A stretch of 64,000 nt of DNA. Source: an uncultured Bacillales bacterium. Lineage in GTDB: Bacteria > Bacillota_I > Bacilli_A > RFN20 > CAG-826. The notes beneath the pieces are model-generated. The model worked only from the letters and a program-made list of their open reading frames with translations, had not been told where the DNA came from and searched no databases. Location of the stretch: NCBI GenBank assembly GCA_947164155.1, contig CAMUVS010000001.1, positions 44,499 through 108,498 of the forward strand, written 5' to 3'. Each line of letters starts with the position of its first letter. Within the stretch, counting starts at the first letter, position 1. This document shows, piece by piece, positions 61,583 through 64,000 of this stretch. Both the position numbers and the translations under genes were made by a program.

Positions 61583-64000
61583 ATGAAACGTAAAGTAATA
61601 TTATTTATAGCCTTATCCCTTAGTTTAGGCGCTTGTAGTGGCACTATCGCTCCACAAAAAAACGACAAAGTTAATAATAGTGATAGCGGCGCTATTGATT
61701 TTGATAGCTTGCCAGAAAATGATTATGTTCCTAGCGCATCTTCTATTGAACCTTTAGGGACATTCAATTTATTTGAAAATTCTAACTCAGGCACGATTAG
61801 TTATTTAGGCACATTTGAATGGGAAGCATGTGAAAATGCGGATAAATATACATTAGAGTTCTGTTCCCATCCAAATTTTATCGCCGATAACGATGCAATT
61901 GATTATTATATAGAAGATAATATCCACGCCACTAGATGGAATTTTACAGGATGTCTGCCAATTAACAACACTAATTATTATTGGAGAGTCATCGCTTATA
62001 ACGCTTCTGGATATAAATATTCTAACCAAGTAAATACTTTCTTCTATGCTGCTCCTGAGGTTGAAGAAGTGGAATTTGATATTGGTGAAGCCGATGACTG
62101 GACCTTACACTCTGTTGGTTCGTACGCGGATATTTATATAGATAATAGTAACTTCTTCCATAACAATAAAGAATCTTTGGTGGTCTCCTTTAAAGAAGAA
62201 GATGTTAACCAAGGTAAACCATTAAGTGATGGTTGGGTGATTGTTACTAGAACTGTCGAAAAGAACACAAATGGCACTGATGCTTTATCATTTAATATGT
62301 ATTATTCAGGTAAAGATGCCAATATCTTTGTTCGTGTTATTGATAGAGACAATGAATTCTGGCATTGTCCAGTACAAATTTCCAATAACGCTAAACAGGA
62401 AGTGTTTTTGAAGTTTAGTGACTTCACTCAAAGAACTGGCGATGTTACTGTCGCGAACATGGAATTTGACTACGACCGTATCAAATATATGGAAATTGTC
62501 TTTGAAAGAAGTTTTGGTGATGGAATTTTACTTCTTTCTGATGTTAAAGCAGTGAAATATGAAAATTATAAAGACCGCTTTATTGATAAATTAGATTTCA
62601 CCTCTTATTCAGAAGACCAATGGACTTATGAAGCATATAACTTCGACACTACTAAAACCGAAGATGAATTAACGCTTAAATTTAATAGAAACGGTCAAGG
62701 TTACGGCTTCGCTAAGATTAATGTTAATCAATACTTTATTTCTAAAGGTGATTCTATCAAGATGTCAGTGAAATACACTGGTAAAACTGGTAGTAACGTT
62801 ATCTTAAGAATTTACGAAGAAGATATGGATCGATGGTCCTATAAGATTCCATATTCCTCTTTAGAATATGATACATATAAAGAATTAGTCATTCCTTATG
62901 CGGCATTTGCCTCTAGCTCTATTATGGGGGATGGAAGAAGACAATTCTCAAAAATTATCAACATCCAATTTGGCTTAGAAGGAAACTATGGATCTACCGA
63001 AGAAGAATCATCAGTCTCCTTTAAAGACTTTGAAATTGTTCAAAAGAAAGAACATGGGCAACAAGAATATCGTTATATTGATGAAAGTGGATTAATTGAT
63101 AACTTTAATAATTACGATTATTCTGCACAATTATTCATGTCATGGGAAACATCTTATAAGAACAAAGATGAATATATGCAACTTAATAGCATTCAAAAGG
63201 TTGGCGGAAATTCTAATCCATATTCCGGACAATTTGAATATAAGTGTGATATGGAACCGGCTATTTATACCTTACCAATGAAGGCTAAGGAAGGAGTGAC
63301 CTATCAAGAGTTCTCTAGCTTTAAGATTTGGATGAAAGATGCCTCTGTTAAGACTGAAGATCCACGTTATTCACATGTTGAAAAATATTCTGCTGAAACA
63401 TTGATTAAGATTATTTTAGATACAGATGAAGAATATGTTTATGACTTAGGAAATATTGAACGTGTCTGGACTGAATATGATATTCCGTTTGGTTTATTCA
63501 CCTTAGACAATTATGATTATCTCCCACACGTTCCAAACCCAATTACTATTGCTCATATCGTTAGCGTTGGGTTCCAATTTAAATATTTCTATTACGATAT
63601 TTTCGGAAAACCAACTCCTTTATACATCGCTAATAACCCAGTTTACGTTGATAACATTTACTTTAGCGATTACTCTTCGAGTGAAGAAATCAAGAAGACC
63701 GTGAAAGAAAAAGTTATTAAGATGGATGGCGATATCGCTTTAGTTGATGATTTTGAAAGCTATAGTAGCACTGATGATCTTGAATATTACTGGCTCAATG
63801 GTACTACTATGGACTACACCGCCAAAGAGTTATCTAGCATTGTTTCTAGTGAAGGTGAAAATCACTCAATGGCATTACAGTATAAAGGGAATAACTCGTC
63901 GCCAAATTATTACATTAGCCCAGCCTATGACCAATCCGTTAAAGGGAAAGGCATAAGAGTGAGCTTGTATAGTGATGTTGAAGCTACAGTTTATGTGAAT
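61583..64000 (+). CDS. Large surface lipoprotein with CBM/FN3-like repeats (glycan-binding). It is partial: the C-terminus lies beyond the window.
   Basis: The open frame runs from the ATG at 61583 to the window end (more than 805 aa). It has a signal plus the lipobox LSLGACSG, an FN3-like YYWRVIAYNASG, and repeated beta-sandwich-like modules. Confidence 0.6.
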   Translation, partial: MKRKVILFIALSLSLGACSGTIAPQKNDKVNNSDSGAIDFDSLPENDYVPSASSIEPLGTFNLFENSNSGTISYLGTFEWEACENADKYTLEFCSHPNFIADNDAIDYYIEDNIHATRWNFTGCLPINNTNYYWRVIAYNASGYKYSNQVNTFFYAAPEVEEVEFDIGEADDWTLHSVGSYADIYIDNSNFFHNNKESLVVSFKEEDVNQGKPLSDGWVIVTRTVEKNTNGTDALSFNMYYSGKDANIFVRVIDRDNEFWHCPVQISNNAKQEVFLKFSDFTQRTGDVTVANMEFDYDRIKYMEIVFERSFGDGILLLSDVKAVKYENYKDRFIDKLDFTSYSEDQWTYEAYNFDTTKTEDELTLKFNRNGQGYGFAKINVNQYFISKGDSIKMSVKYTGKTGSNVILRIYEEDMDRWSYKIPYSSLEYDTYKELVIPYAAFASSSIMGDGRRQFSKIINIQFGLEGNYGSTEEESSVSFKDFEIVQKKEHGQQEYRYIDESGLIDNFNNYDYSAQLFMSWETSYKNKDEYMQLNSIQKVGGNSNPYSGQFEYKCDMEPAIYTLPMKAKEGVTYQEFSSFKIWMKDASVKTEDPRYSHVEKYSAETLIKIILDTDEEYVYDLGNIERVWTEYDIPFGLFTLDNYDYLPHVPNPITIAHIVSVGFQFKYFYYDIFGKPTPLYIANNPVYVDNIYFSDYSSSEEIKKTVKEKVIKMDGDIALVDDFESYSSTDDLEYYWLNGTTMDYTAKELSSIVSSEGENHSMALQYKGNNSSPNYYISPAYDQSVKGKGIRVSLYSDVEATVYVN

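Overview
This is a low-GC (about 30% GC) bacterial chromosome window containing the replication origin. UGA is used as a stop codon (the rnpA stop TGA overlaps the yidC ATG), so the genetic code is standard rather than the Mycoplasma code. The core is the canonical origin region: rpmH-rnpA-yidC-jag-mnmE on the plus strand, an oriC DnaA-box cluster, then dnaA-dnaN-yaaA-recF-gyrB-gyrA-serS on the minus strand, with a second DnaA-box pair between dnaA and dnaN. The gene content suggests a wall-less or Mollicutes-like anaerobe of Acholeplasma or Erysipelotrichia type: pyruvate phosphate dikinase, desulfoferrodoxin, an Fe-alcohol dehydrogenase, many 'CGG'-lipobox lipoproteins and a glycolipid-type GT4 glycosyltransferase. 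Upstream (1-23 kb) lie housekeeping and accessory genes: gdhA, a GuaD-like deaminase, the tldD/pmbA pair, mgtE, a putative tadA/P-type ATPase/psuG/TetR/ADH operon, two tRNA-Ala(UGC) genes flanking a 2.5 kb lipoprotein gene, a tRNA-Met, and a cap5EFG/fnlABC-like UDP-L-FucNAc operon whose first enzyme carries an N-terminal HTH. Downstream (38-47 kb) are tatD, rnmV, rsmA, ispE, a truncated GlmU-like gene, ppdK, an orphan HigA-like HTH gene and a stand-alone TrpB fused to an N-terminal HTH. The last 17 kb form an apparent beta-mannan utilization locus: an FGGY kinase, a phosphomannomutase, SGNH and alpha/beta esterases, large surface lipoproteins, LacI, a GH130 phosphorylase, an ABC transporter and a clan GH-A hydrolase. 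No CRISPR array, transposase, integrase or recognisable defence system was seen. The most unusual items are a second tRNA-Ala copy with a D-loop variant that lacks G18G19, two metabolic enzymes with N-terminal HTH fusions, paired small beta-flower-like repeat proteins, and a GC-enriched structured intergenic transcription unit without a convincing ORF at 42.25-42.53 kb.
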